Of a stretch of 64,000 nucleotides of DNA, positions 41,010 through 56,738 are shown in pieces. Within the stretch, counting starts at the first letter, position 1, and each line of letters starts with the position of its first letter. Made by a program: the position numbers and the translations under genes. The notes under the pieces are model-generated. The model was not told where the DNA came from. It saw only the letters and a list, made by a program, of their open reading frames with translations, and searched no databases. The DNA comes from Paramecium tetraurelia (Eukaryota). The DNA lies in the NCBI GenBank assembly GCA_000165425.1, contig CT867990.1, positions 1 to 64,000 of the forward strand, read 5' to 3'.

Positions 41010-42243
41010 CTGGTATTTGATTATGAATATTTGATAGTCTAACAAACTGAATTTATCAAACAGAATTTTATATTGAACATTCTATGATTTTTAATATGTT
41101 TTACAAATTCTATAATATTTAATTAACTATGTTCATTTTCGGGTGGACATCCAATAAATTCAGTCATATGATAGAATTATTTATAGAATTTTGCACTTTT
41201 CAACTTAGTTTCTGATATCTTTCAAAAATATGTTATCTTACAATGCTCCAAAATGATGTAAACATAAAAGTAGTCTCACTTTTCAAACCTTTTATAATGA
41301 ATAAACAAAGCTTGCAAATAGTTGCACTATTAATTATAATAAAAAATATAATATAGCCTAGAAAAAAAATCAGTATCAATTGAATATTTAATATATTTTT
41401 TGAAGGAAAAAACGAAATAAAGAAAATCATTTGATCACAAATTTTAAATAGAAAGATGAAAATAAATAGGAAACACAAAAAATAAAACTTTTTATTGTAA
41501 AATTTTTCAGGTTGTCCAAAAAAAATAAAATGTATTGTAAAATCATTTACATATAATAGAATAACGAATTGTTTTTGGTCTAAGTTAATTGTTGATTTAC
41601 TTGCCACTAGGATAATAAAGAATGGATTGAATTTGGATAATATAATAATAAGCAAAAACTGTAATATTTATATTGTCTTTTTCCATTTAAATTAATCTGA
41701 TTTAGGACAGAGAAGACGAGATATTTTACTTTAGGTATGTATTTAACAACAATAAAGTAATTAATTTTAGGTTTTCTTTGGAAGAAAGAATTTAAAGATT
41801 TTTTTAATATGTGTCTTAAATTATCATATCTAGTTGGAATAGAGTAGGAATCGATAAATTGTTCATATTATGGTTCAAATAGAAAAGTAAGAACTTTGTA
41901 AGATAGTCAAATGTTTTAATTTAAGAGGTTTAAATTGTCAACATTCAAGTTTCAAACCTTAATATTAATTTTAATCCAAAAAGTTCGTATAAAGTTAAAA
42001 AGTATTATTTGTAAAATAACACGTTCATTAATTAAATTATTAGTAATTAACTAATTATTAATTTATATATTAATATAAACTTGTATTCAAGCACAATCTT
42101 GTTGTTGTAGTAATAATGGCTTAAATAAACGGGATCAAATTGTTTAAATATGTAATGTTTTGAAAATTGATTATCACAAACAGTATTTAGTAACTCATTA
42201 CTTAATTCAATCTTCTCTGTATTATAACTTATTAATAAATTAT

Positions 42244-43871
42244 ATGAATACACAATACCAAGGATTTTTTACTCAAAAGCATTCGTACGATTTCGACGAA
42301 TTTGTTTACAAAAGTACAAGAAACTAGTAAATGTTGGTTTTTCTGTTAATGACATTCTTTGCCTTATTCAGGATTGTCTCAATATTATTAACAGGGAAAT
42401 CTTTTTATATTCTTTACGGAGGTGGGTTTTTAATCTATACAATTATACTACTAGTGATTTCTTACAAAGGAAAAATATGGGTTAAGAAATACGGGAATCT
42501 TTTGACTTGTTGCGTCCTCAGTTTGCTGTAAATATAATAATATCAAATAAACAACTTAGAAGAACTTCAATAAAATTCATCATTAAATATGATCTTTTTA
42601 ATGATTGTATATAGTATTTTGAATCTAAAAGGAGCTTGTTTTTAGATGATTGTTTTCATTGGATTAAAAACCTGGATTCAAATATCTGAAAAGGGAAATT
42701 TCAGCATTCTTAATTTTGTCTTTTATTTGCTGGAGGGAATATCAATTGGATTGTTTGTTTATTTCCAATAGCAAGGTCTTAATATTAGATTTTCTGAAGA
42801 ATGTTTTTAAAAATAACTATGTAATAAAATTAATTTAATTAGTTCGGTTTTTGCCCGATTTGGTACAAAATTAATTTATGATGTTTAACTTAGAGTAAAA
42901 AAGTTCGAGTTTTCACTTACGATTTTAGAGTTAGATCACTTCCATCAAATGGGATGATTCCAATGCACCAACATCCAATCTCCGGGCTTTTCTAAGGAAT
43001 ACTTATTACTAGGATCAATCACTGGAATAATATATCTTATCAAGAAACGACCCAAACTACAATAATTACAATCATTATTATGCTCAAAACTTGATTGTTC
43101 ACAATATAGATAATAATCAATCTTCAATCGAAATTAATTATGTTGAATGTTTTCTTGGTCAAAAATATTATCTAATCACTTTCAATGAAAACAAATACGA
43201 TTGTTTGGAAAGCATTAATAACTCACTAATCACAAGCATCAATAGAAATTAGTAACTTACTATTAGTTTCTTAAAAAAACAACTCAACCAAATTTCCACA
43301 ATATTGACCACAAAAAATTACATTTAACCATTAGCTAAATTGAAGATTCACTGTATGTATTTTCTAGGCAAATTTTAATAAGTTAATAGTTTTTCGTAAA
43401 TAGATCGTAAAATCAAAGACATCAACCTCACAAAACTCTTACAACTAATGGTTAACCTCTATTGCAATGCTTATTATCCCGTTCAAATAGAATTATAGTC
43501 GGAAGAATATTATGATTTCTACATTTACAGTAATGAGGAATTGATTCAAACCTTCTTTCAAATACTATGCCAATTATTGATTCGATTAAAAGCAAATTAA
43601 TTACGAAATTAGTTGATTTTTGGATAAGATTAAAAATCGTCGAAATTGTTTTATATTGTTATAAAAACTGAGTGTTATTAGGAATATAAAATGTAACTTC
43701 AGAATAACCCTTTCTTTTAGAAAATATAGAGAAGGTTGTGTCCAAATCTCGACATTCTCGCATAACATTAGTGTAAAACTTATTAATCATATAATAGCTG
43801 TGAAATTATATCTTTATAAAAATTATTAACCTTTGGAAGAAATGAGGGAGTTTGAAGATGAAATTATTTGA
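42244..43871 (+). CDS. multi-pass (~5-6 TM) membrane protein with soluble C-terminal region, ciliate-expanded orphan family
   Basis: Hydrophobic N-terminal third, then NLRAFLRN…SLEQYI; two short introns. Confidence 0.7.
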
Positions 43872-45023
43872 TGATTTTATAATAACAGTGATATATATTT
43901 CCACATATTTTATGTCAAAAACAACTATGTTATATTTATATTCACATTCTTTTTAATGATATAGTTCTTAAACTTGATTAAATATTAAATTTATCAAACC
44001 TCAATGACAAGCAAGATCAATTTACAGTTTTTGGAATCCTAAAAATGAAAATAAGTTTTTAATATTTTTTTAAGAAGAAAATATTTGATTCTATATGACT
44101 TCTACTCTATTTACTTCCTTTTTTTAATGAAAAATGAACTCATAGATCGGGCAATTAGTATTAGAAGCTACAGCATACTTTTTGTTTTTATCTGACTTAA
44201 GGGATTTCTAGAAATAGTGAAAATTAATTTCAACACACAAATATAAATTGTGGGTTCTGTCAACTAGTAAAAATTATTATTCAAGTCCTTAATGTGTCTG
44301 TTTACTCGAATGATAAAAAATCATGATTTTACCTCTATTAAGCTCTATTTTTCATGGATCCAAAAAGCACCTCTGAAAGCGACATTTTTACTTATTTCGA
44401 GATAGCTACATTGATAAATGATGTGTTTTTGGGATTGATTAAATTAAAATAAAGCATTTCTTAATGAAATTCTCTGTTGATCAATGGGAATAATAATTCA
44501 TAAACAAATATTGTAAAATACTGTAAATTCCTTTCGATATGTTGACTAATTGACGTAGAGAGAATATAGTAATTTAATAATGTCGGTGATACTTGATAAT
44601 CATGAATAAAAACTTTAAAATATTAAATAAAAAGAAACTGTCATAATTTATAGTATTAACTAACATTAAATTTTACCGTAAATCTCAAATAAAATTACTC
44701 GATAATCTGATAATATCAATACACTTTATGAGTGCCCTTTATATATGAATTTCATTGTAAAAAAACACTTTAATAGTTTTTAGAAATTGAATATAAAAAT
44801 AATATCAATAATTTCACTGATATGGATGATTAAATTTATATTTAATGGCAATAATATTTGTTTAAATTAATGAAAATAATACATAATAAGAATTTATTTA
44901 GTGATTTGGAAGAGTGTGTGTAATATTAAATTGAAATTCAAAGAACTCAATTTTTTGAATGAAATCAAGATGTTAGAGATACTATGATACAGGACTATAA
45001 ACAAATATAAATATAGTTGCAAC

Positions 45024-46316
45024 TCATTTGATTTTATTGAAAAACAATACCTTATCTTGTCTGGTAACAGATCTTCGATGATACATATTCTTTCTTTGAC
45101 TAACTAGTATAATTTAATCCTCATCTTATTGTTATCTGTAGGAATTTAATTTAGTCACGCTTGAAGATCTACCATTACGAAAGGATAATTTGAATAATAT
45201 GGGTTATTCTTTAAACCAAGAATGATTTTGAATGTCAAAGATGTTTGCCCTCTCTTTTGGAGGATTAACAAATATCTAACTTAAGAGATGTATTAAATCT
45301 TTGGAGACACTTTTCTTCGGTATGCTATAATTACATTAAATGATATTTCTATAGGTTTCAGAAGGATTGGCTCCATCAAAAGGCAGTCTTCCAAAAACCA
45401 ATCCATAGATAATGCATCCAACAGCCAAAACATCTTAGGATGGTTGGATGCATTTATATGAAGGGGATAGAACTTCTGGAGCCAGATAAGATAATGTACC
45501 TACAACACTATCAGGTAATTTTAATTGTCCAGCATAACTCGAAACTCCAAAATCAATAATTTTTATCTATTTTTTGAATTAAAAAATCTACTTCTTTGGA
45601 ATTCGGAGAAGTTAACATAATATTTTCCAATTTCAAGTCACAGTGAACAATGCTGTTCTGGTGACAATAGGCAATTGCATCGACTATTTGTTTCGAATAT
45701 AGCTTAGCATCTGCTTCACTTAATTTGGCTAAAATAAATTATAATAATTAGAATATACAATTGGCTTAGTTTAGGAGTGATCCACCATTCAGGTATTCTA
45801 AAACCATTGTAATTTCTCTCTGATTTTGTGTTACATAGCTTTAATGCAATTTAACAATATTTTTATGATCCAATGCATTTAAAATTGATTATTCTTATGA
45901 AATTCCATCTATTTCTTATCCCAACCAAGTTTTCAAACTAATTATTTTCAAAGCAACAGATTCTTTAGTGATTTTATGTTTTCCAAGTAATACAATTCCT
46001 TAACCTCCCTCCCCTATCTTCTTGATGATATCATATTATTGTTGGATAATATTTGGCTTAAGGTCTTCGTTACTCAGTTCAGCGTATAGTGTTGTGCCTC
46101 TTTTGATGTTAATCAAGTCCTTTTCTTCAACTTCGGTTCCATCAGGCTTGAATAGTCTTAGAAATTTCAAATTTCTTCTCCAGCTAATTTTAATCAATTT
46201 CATAATATCTGAGAATTTGGTGTTTTGGTTGAGTAACAAACACAAGGGATTGCAATTCAATGAAATCAATGTACAGAAACGTACTTATTTGGATAAAGTA
46301 AATTTAGGTATGCTCA
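45024..46316 (-). CDS. Ser/Thr protein kinase (CAMK group) with N-terminal DCX/ubiquitin-like region
   Basis: [44 protein letters not shown]-terminal [21 protein letters not shown]. Confidence 0.9.
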
Positions 46317-46618
46317 TCTATTTATTTATTATAATCAATATTCAATATTCTGCATTTTTATTTGAAATGCAATTATGGAATTGAAATTAATCTTTCAGTT
46401 ACATCACCAAATTAAAATGTCTCAAAAATGTAGTTTACCTTGGTTTTTAGGATTTTTGTTTGGAGGTCCTCCACATGTATTATGTTTGGTATGGAACATT
46501 CTGAAATTAATTTGATATTCGATGATAATATGTAATTATATTTAAAATTATAATTCAAATATTATATATTATGAAATCATCTAAAAGTTCTTAATTTCTG
46601 AAAATTTATAATTTATAT

Positions 46619-48227
46619 TCAATTTTCATCTTGAAACTTATTCATGGACTTTAACTACGATACATCCCTATATAACTAAATATTGATTGCATTGTCACCG
46701 ATCCTAATCTCAGAGTCAGGAGAATGCAATTTAAGATACAACTTAATGACTGAATTCTTGTTCAGATTTTCAAATAGAATAAAAGAATTGAGACAAATTA
46801 TCTAAACAAACAAAATCTCGAATTTGGAGTGCAAAATGATTCTGATCTTGGATCTTTGATCCAGAGTTGTTTTCCTCAGTGTAATCTACAATAATTGAAT
46901 GATGAAATCTTAAGGTATATCTTTGTAATGAACCACATCAAACTTAGTATCTGTGCAATCAAATTGAAGATTAACATCGGGATATGCCTTTTTAAAGAGT
47001 GAAATTATAGCCAGAAAAAGTTGCTTATAATCAATAGAGACAGTTTCAAATTATGTTTTGGCTTATGAAAACGAATTTGATATCTTGTATTTGCCTTGGA
47101 AATACAAGTGATGAAGTTTTAATTGATAAAGTATTTGGACTCTAGATGTTTCATTCTGTAGACTCAAATTGATTAATGTCGCCTGTTTCTTTAGAAAGTT
47201 GTACACTATGGATTGATGCTAACCAATCAAATTAATTAGTTTATCCTTCGTCGATTGTAAATACTATGTTCTTTAATTAGATTACTCTAAGACAATTAAG
47301 AAGTTGTCATCCAAGTTATATAACTCTGCAAGTAGAATATTTGTCTCTTCAAAATCAACAGAGTCATATTAATTTGGTCTTAGTGTAAACTAATTTAGAT
47401 CGAAAAACTTGGATTTTTTATCGATTCTGTTCAGTATGAATTATTCAATTGTTACACCAGAAATGTGTTATAGTCTGAAAAATTATCTAAAATTATCCTC
47501 CTAATTGAATTCCTAAGTGCAATATGGAAATCTATCGATTTTATTAGAGTTCTTGTACTTAAAGCACATTCTATGGTGATCAAATGAGAATAGCACAAAT
47601 GGGTCGCTTATTACTGAAGGCAATAATTAATCTATAAGAAATTGAAATATATAATATACGCCAATCATTCCCTTGATTGTTACTCAAAAACAAGAGTCTT
47701 CTTTCCTTTTCAATTGTGTACACTACAGAAACAAAACAAATGGGACACAAAATGGATAATATGACTGAACAACTATCAGTTTTGCCATCAAAAAGTCCTG
47801 CTATTAACAATTTGAATACGGTTTAACAAAAAATATTGATTGCTGCCAATTTATAATCAATAATTAATAGTATTGAAGTATGTGCAATAGCTAAGTTTGT
47901 GCCAAGAATGAATTGATTCGTGCCTTATTAATCATGAATTTGGTGTAAAATAAGCAAATTGTTAATAAAGACCATACAAAATATTGTGCCAGATGGACAG
48001 AATTTTAAAATTAAAATAGACATCAGTAATATAATGGATAGGATAATCGATGTGATTAATATGCCAGCAATATTCTCTTCATTAGCAAAACTTATTAATC
48101 GTATTAGTGCTATTATAAAAGAAAGCAAGGCTGTTTTCTTGAAGTTATCATAACAATATTGTTCCTTTTCTTTCTGATACAGAGTTTCTAAGTGTTACTA
48201 TTGAAAGGTCTGAGTAAATTTATTCAT
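46619..48227 (-). CDS. multi-pass membrane protein, same orphan family
   Basis: MNKFTQTFQQQHLETLYQKEK, then ~6 hydrophobic helices and a soluble tail (NFRQFFRL…TIEQFI). Confidence 0.7.
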
Positions 48228-48542
48228 TGTTTTAATAATAACATAAATATATATATATTAACTAAAATCTTTTTATGTCCTTTAATTATAGTCATCCTGA
48301 TCTTAGCATTTAATGAAAATTACTATTTTGGATAATCCTCATTGTATTTTAATTTAAATTCCATTTATTTTGGAGATTATCAATCCAGGTATTCTAATAA
48401 GAAATGACAAGGTAAAAAAATTAAAAAGGTTTACTAGATAATTATGGAAAGTAATTTAATAATTAAGTTTAACAAAATCAGCAATATAAATTATAAATAA
48501 AATTAATTATATTTATATTAAAATAAATTACATAATATCCAA

Positions 48543-49390
48543 ATGTCTAGAGTCAAACAATCTTTATGTAATGATAATATTTGAGTCATAGATGCCTAGC
48601 CATCACCAAGTACAGGTAGAATATAGAAGATCTCAGAGAAGCTGTCAACCATTTAGATTGGAGTTGAGAATGAAAGGTTTTAGAAATTGGAATAAGCTGA
48701 ACAACGTATTCAATAAGCAGAGGATGCTTTCAACGAGTTTCAAGAGTAAATCTTCACTAGGTTGAATGGATTGAGAGATTAAGTAAACAATATATTGATT
48801 TGGTTTTACAGTTAGGCAAATTATAGAAGCAAGTGGAAGATGACAGATAAGCAAAAGAATAAGCCATCGAAGCTAAGAATAGAGATGTTTAAGCTTTGAC
48901 AAAGAAGTTTGAAAATGCAATTGAGAATGAGCAGCAGACCAAGAAGGAAGGAGAAGCCAAGGTTCTTAGATTGACAGAAGATAAATCAGCATTACTCAGA
49001 ACAGAGGTCTAGAAGGAAACTGCCTAAAGAATAGATGCTATTGAAGGAATTCATTAGGGATTACAAAATGATTTGCCAAAGATTCAAGAGGCAATTCGAG
49101 AAGAGGCCAATGAAAGAGATGAGTCTGATTAAAATGTAAGGATATTAATTTTATTTTAGGTAATGAAATCAATCACTGATGAGTTAGTGAAGTTGAGCAG
49201 CTTGATCAATGTGGAGAAAAGAAACAGAGATGAAAGTGAATAGTCCATATTTGAAATGCTTAAAGATATAGTGAATAGAGTGAAGGTAGAATTGGATCAA
49301 GAGAAGAGAACCAGAGAATAATCAGAAGAACATTTGCTTAGTTTATTGGAAGACACCTGTAATAAATTAAGTATTGCAGCAAATTTATGA
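48543..49390 (+). CDS. SF-assemblin / beta-giardin family striated-rootlet protein
   Basis: SPSTGRIQKISEKLSTIQIGVENER…EANERDESDQ…EKRNRDESE…EKRTREQSEEHLLSLLEDTCNKL periodic coiled coil; 3 tiny introns. Confidence 0.8.
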
Positions 49391-49449
49391 AGAATTTATA
49401 TATTCATCTAGCATCAATATTTATAAATATATACACATTTCTATGTTTT

Positions 49450-50100
49450 TGATTCACTATAAGAAAACAGAGTTAAATAATTCCAATACGAATTGTAGTG
49501 CCTATCTCCCACCTATTAATTCATAAAAGACTATCTGAATAATCTTTAATTGATGCTGCAAACTAAACCATGGCACCTGATAAAAATTGTCTTACTACAA
49601 AAATTGTTCAAGAATAATTAGATTCGCTAAGAGGTTGCATGATGATCTGCTATTCTGGATACCATGGATTACAACCTTGAGAACCAGCCAGAGAAATCTT
49701 AAAATGCTAATATGATACTCAAGCTTAATTTACAGAATAGTGTGATTTCTTAGATGAAAAAATACATCCTTATGGTAGGCTCCCAAAGAACTATTGAGAG
49801 CAAGTTGTTGTCTGATTTTATTGGAAAGAATGAAATAAATAATATTGTAACTCTAAATAAACATTATTATTTTAAATTGTAAGGTTACAAAAGACTGGGG
49901 CTGGGTTCCAGTTAGAGAGAACTTGCAGTAGATTGCAGAGATTCAAAAGATGATGATGGCATTCTTTTATAAAAATAATAAGAACAAAAAGTATCTCACT
50001 TAATTCAATAATGGTAGGAATTAGAAGCTGATAATGAAGAAGTCTATTTAAATTTCTTCATGGAATAATCCTAAATAATTGAAATATTAACTTATGGAAT
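49450..50100 (+). pseudogene. CFAP298: CFAP298 (C21orf59/kurly) pseudogene, 5'-truncated
   Basis: LDSLRGCMMICYSGYHGLQP*EPAREIL (in-frame TGA 49678-49680), APKELL..KLLSDFIGKNE, PVRE, MMAFFYKKQQEQK, ELEADNEEVYLN, SWNNPKQLK; frameshifts. Confidence 0.8.
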
Positions 50101-51849
50101 CTAGTTATTCAATTTCATAGGAATCTAAGTGATTTCGTATTGTGTAATAAGAATTTAATGTATTTTATTAAGTAATTCATTTTATTAATGAAATACAAGT
50201 TTTTGTTATTGGAAGCTCACATGTTATTTAATTATTTAAAGCACTATCAAAATTATCTCCAACTACATGCTAGATTTTAATAACGATGTGGTATTAATAT
50301 AACTCAAAAATTACCAACAATATTGAATAATTAAGAACTATTAAATATTGCTAGGTATATGATTTCAAACTGTTGATGAATTTAGAGTTTTGTGACATAA
50401 TCCAGACAGACTGTTTTGTAAAAAAAAGATTATTTTCTATCTACCTACAGAGAGGATTTGAATTTAAAACTGATTTGGAGTTATTATTTCTTATAGAATT
50501 TCAAAATTATTAATTAAACAAAAGATTTCTTAATTATTAGAAAATGGCTGTGAAGTTAAAAATCATTAATTACAGTCAGATGAAAAACTTTGAAAAATGG
50601 AAAAAATTAATTCATTTTCTATTTATTTCAACATTAAATTTTTGAGCTTAATTAGATTAAGTTGATCATTCTCAAACATTTATATATTTAATGTTCTTTT
50701 TTCAGCAAATCAAGGTTGTTGTTCTAGATAATTCGATCTTTCCCAATAAAAAAAATGTGAATCCAGCATTTTACTTCAATCTTTTTGATTTTAGCACCCA
50801 GCAAATGGGTTCAAAATAAATACTCCATTAAAATTGCGGTCGATATGTAAAATTAATTGTTAATTCCTTATATTTTCTTATCATTCTAAATTAATGTATT
50901 AATTTAGAATTTTTAATGTAATCTATAAAAAGAAGGAATTCAGAGATGAAAGATCCATTATAGCCGCATATCGAATGGTTGGAGGAATATTTGGATTTGG
51001 ACACAATTGAAATAACAGTATTATAAAGCATTCATAAATTAAACGATTAAGCCTCTTTAGATTGTGTTATATACATTAGTAATATTATCAACTCTAAAAC
51101 AGAATTTAATATAGTGTACTTCTAATATTTAGAATCATAAGTAGCATATTTTTGATCAATTTTAGGATTTAAAATAAAATGACAAGAATTGCTTCCACAT
51201 AACACATTTTAAATAAACGGTGATAAAAAATCCAAGATAATATATTAATTAATGGCTAAAGGATAGAGGATCAAGTCCCTTTTTAATAAAATTTTAAACC
51301 AATTAAAATTTACATCATCAAATCTAACCAACATTAGCTTAAGCTATTTAGATTGCTGATTTTATTAAATCAAAATCGGTACAAAAGAATATTGACTTAC
51401 TATATGATGAAACAATCAGCTTTATTAACACAATGCATTAAGTGAATGTTAAATGATTTTTTTTCTACATAATTAATTGATTATACATGCAAATATCAAA
51501 TATCTTAATATATAATTAAAGTTATTACCTTATATCTACAAAATAATTTAACAAGCCTATAAATCAATTAAATTAATCGAAAAATATTAAAATTTTTTCA
51601 ATAGAATTACAAGAATTCTGTTTTATTCTCCTTCAAAATAAATAACTTCGATAAAATCTGATGAATCATCATGCATACAATAAGGTTGGGCATATTCAAA
51701 ACGAAATCCTTGTTTTAAATTTTCTGATAATTTGAAATTTTTTTATTTAAAAGAACTCATATGCAAAATACTTATTGATTATTCGTCAGTCTAATTGAAC
51801 TATGCTACTACCTTCAAACATCAAATTTGTTTTCCCAGATAAATTAAAA

Positions 51850-52440
51850 AAATAAAGTAATTATAAATTTCATTGATAAAAATACAAGCCTACTATGGAA
51901 CAAGAATAAATGAATTTTTTGAAGAAGGACTTATTTAAAAAACTAAAAGATTTAAACTATGGAAAAGGATCTTGTTTAGAATAAAAGAGAAGTTTAAATA
52001 AGTAATCAATTAACATCATAAATTAGGTATTAAAAAAAATAGCTATTTAATTTATAATTCTCTTAAAGAAATAAGTTCAAAAAGTACAAAATGCTACCTA
52101 ATAATTGAACAATGAATTTAGAAAACTAGAGGGAGAATTTTAAAGATACGAAAAAACCAATAAAAAAACAGATTAGAATTTCTTTCTTTTGATCATTGGA
52201 AAATAAAAACAGAGGAGATTGATAATAATTGAAATTAGAAATTAAATTCAGAATGGGAAACCAAAAGAATTGAAAATTCAATAAAAATACTGACCTAGAA
52301 GATCAAAAGATGGTAGTTACTTTACATTAATAATTAATTTTTGTTTGGCAATCATTCTTAACAACAGCTTAAATCCTTGAGGAGAATGCGAAATTTGTAA
52401 ACGACCCGATAATGAGCTATAGAGGTTGAAAGAGTAACGA
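51850..52440 (+). pseudogene. eroded MORN-like beta-hairpin repeat gene remnant
   Basis: Fragments FFEEGLIQKTKRFKLWK, EGEFQRYEK, HWKIK resemble E-G-x-Y-x-x-G-x-K-x-G-x-W repeats; no intact frame. Confidence 0.3.
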
Positions 52441-52498
52441 AAGTTCGTGTTGCAGATCTATTTAATGATTTAAAAATATTTAATATAAAATAAGTTAA

Positions 52499-53953
52499 AT
52501 GAATTTGTAATAATGGTCAAGTGGATTTTAATGCATGTTAGGACATCAGTAAAATGAGTACATGCTGTGTATTTCACCTTAATGTCCTTAGGTTCGCAAA
52601 TTGATTTGTCGAGATTATTGCATTCCTTATTACCATAGAAATCATAAAGTTATGCAATTGTCTTAAATCGAAGATTTCTTGAATTAATATTTAAACATGA
52701 AATAGCCTCATTTGCATGATTCAATAATTGAGACACTGGAGGAAATAGAAATATTGAGATCGGAGTTGAATCGCATCATCGATGGCACAATAGACAAGAT
52801 TAAGCGTCACTTTGGGAGATTCTCTTATTAAGCGTAAAAGTATGCGCAGGAATTTCAATTTGTTCAACAGCCGGAGAGAATTGAGTAGTTATCAAAATAA
52901 ATAATAGAGATAGCTACTCTTAAATAGGATTAGTTAAAGATTAAGATAGTGAAACCTTTGCAGTCATTAAATATAGGTAATTTATTGAAGGAGTGCATAT
53001 AAAAGTTGAGCAGTTTTGTAATCGGAAACAGTGATGTAAATTCTGTGAAACCTGAGAATTTGGTGGGAGCCTTTAGTAACCATATCCGTACAATATAAAG
53101 TGATGGAGAGGTGTGGTGTTTGTAACCAATAAAGGGTGGTGATCTTATCAGTGGAGGAGATGACAACAAGATCATAATATGGAATATGAACACTTTGGAA
53201 AAGTTGTGGGTATCTAAGAAGCATAGGGCGATAATAACATCGTTGGCCATCACTTCTGATTCTAAGGTGGTAGTGATGGGGAGTTCGAAGGGATACATAA
53301 AATTTCTGGATATGGAGACGAAGAAATTTATAAAGAAATTAAAGGGACATGATGACCATGTGAGTTCGTTGCACTTTAATAATTAGAATAATAGTTTGTT
53401 ATCTTCTGGTTGGGATGCAAATTTAGTGATGTGGAATATTGATTAGAAAGATATAGTGATGAAACAATTTAAGAAGGAACACTAGGCTAAGATTTATTGT
53501 GTTTAATACAGCAATGACAATTAAATCATAGCATCTTGTTCTTTGGATAAAACTATTCGGTTGTGGGATATCCATGGATTAGCATAGATTGGATAGCCAT
53601 TGTAGGGTCACAGTGAAAAGGTGGATTGGATTCAATTTACTCCTCAATATTTGATCTCTTGCAGTTAATCGGAGAAAAACATCATTGTTTGGGATTATAT
53701 GCATAGACAACAGATTTGGAATTTCATTCCAGGGAATGATCCGCATAGATTTGTTGTATCTCCAGATGGCAAATTACTTGCATGTATTCGAAAGGAAATC
53801 CGAGTATTTGAGATCTCAACCAGACAGTAAATTGGAGAGTCGATTCCTGGCCATCAGTATTTTGCATTGAGTTTCAATTATTCTTTGGATGGAAGATTCC
53901 TCGTTTCTGGTTGCTAAGATAAAACTATTAGAATATATGGGATTCCTAAATGA
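52499..53953 (+). CDS. WD40-repeat protein with N-terminal Cys/His Zn-finger-like region
   Basis: CMLGH…CISPQC…LICRDYC..YHRNH; WD repeats LISGGDDNKIIIWN, GHDDHVSSL, LLSSGWDANLVMWN, IASCSLDKTIRLWD, LVSGCQDKTIRIY. Confidence 0.9.
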
Positions 53954-53960
53954 TTATATT

Positions 53961-54200
53961 ATGAATTAAAATAAATTTTAATCTGATTCTGGAGGCACTA
54001 AAACTAAGGTGTCTGAGGAAGATAACTTTTTGGTGGTCATGAATTAGGTGTTGGATAGACATAAGGGAATTGCTGCAAGGAACAATGAGAGTTAGCTCCT
54101 TCAAAATGCTCTCAAGTCTCTATAATAAGAATTAAATGAAGCGGAATGCAAGAATCCTGGATCTGCTAAGTAAATACTAGAATCCATTTTCAATAATTGA
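53961..54200 (+). CDS. hypothetical 79-aa protein
   Basis: Intronless ATG-TGA frame MNQNKFQSDSGGTKTKVSEEDNFLVVMNQVLDRH…. Confidence 0.5.
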
Positions 54201-54247
54201 TTATAAGATTATGAAATTATGAAATTCATGAATCTATAAAACAATAA

Positions 54248-56000
<1,753 letters not shown>

Positions 56001-56046
56001 TTTTTTAATAAATTATTTAATAAGATAGACACGCACCCAAAAAAAA

Positions 56047-56119
56047 AGCCAATTGGGGGAATTGAACCCCCGACCCTTTGCTTACGAGGCAAATGCTCTA
56101 ACCACTGAGCTAAACCGGC
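56047..56119 (-). tRNA. trnT-CGT: tRNA-Thr (anticodon CGT)
   Basis: GCCGGTT TA GCTC AGTGGTTA GAGC A TTTGC CT-CGT-AA GCAAA GGGTC GGGGG TTCAATT CCCCC AATTGGC T folds to a cloverleaf and is followed by an oligo-T Pol III terminator. Confidence 0.95.
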
Positions 56120-56152
56120 ATCGTTAAATACTACATTTATTTATTATATAAA

Positions 56153-56738
56153 TCACAATTCATCGTGCATCTTCTTCACATATTAAATAAACTTATGTTC
56201 AAATTACATTGCTGCGAAGTCCAATTGAGTCTCGCTGATTGGTGTATAAGCACTCAATCCGTTCTCCATCAGATCGATAAATCTCTCTTGTTCCCCCTCG
56301 TAATCGGCATGAACAAATGCTACTTTCAAGGTTGTTCCTAATCGATCATCCAAATACTCTCTTACCCTTCTTCACTTCAGGTTTCACTGTAAACACCACG
56401 CTCTTGTATTAATCTTCGTTAATTATCAATTGAGGAACAAAATTCTAGAGACTCAATCCCACTGCATTCCCATTCATTCCAAACTACAAAAAGAAATCTG
56501 CTTCAGGAAACAACTCCTTTAAATCTATCAATCACAACTCACTATTACTTTTTGCCTTCGATCTCTCATGATAAATCACAAATTGATTATATTTCTCCGA
56601 ATAACACAATACTCCATCAAATTCTTTATAGTATCCATCCAATACAGTAGCTACTTGAACCTTCACTTTCTGTAATCCTGCTTCCTTTTAATCGCAATAA
56701 CCAAAAACGAATAATGTTAACAACACTATTAAACTCAT
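56153..56738 (-). CDS. small ER-luminal protein of unknown function (signal peptide + C-terminal HDEL)
   Basis: MSLIVLLTLFVFGYC signal peptide; two short introns; ends …KKMHDEL*. Confidence 0.7.

Noticed and set aside
49678..49680. In-frame TGA as selenocysteine or readthrough
   Set aside because: Accompanied by frameshifts and 5' truncation; simple pseudogene decay is sufficient
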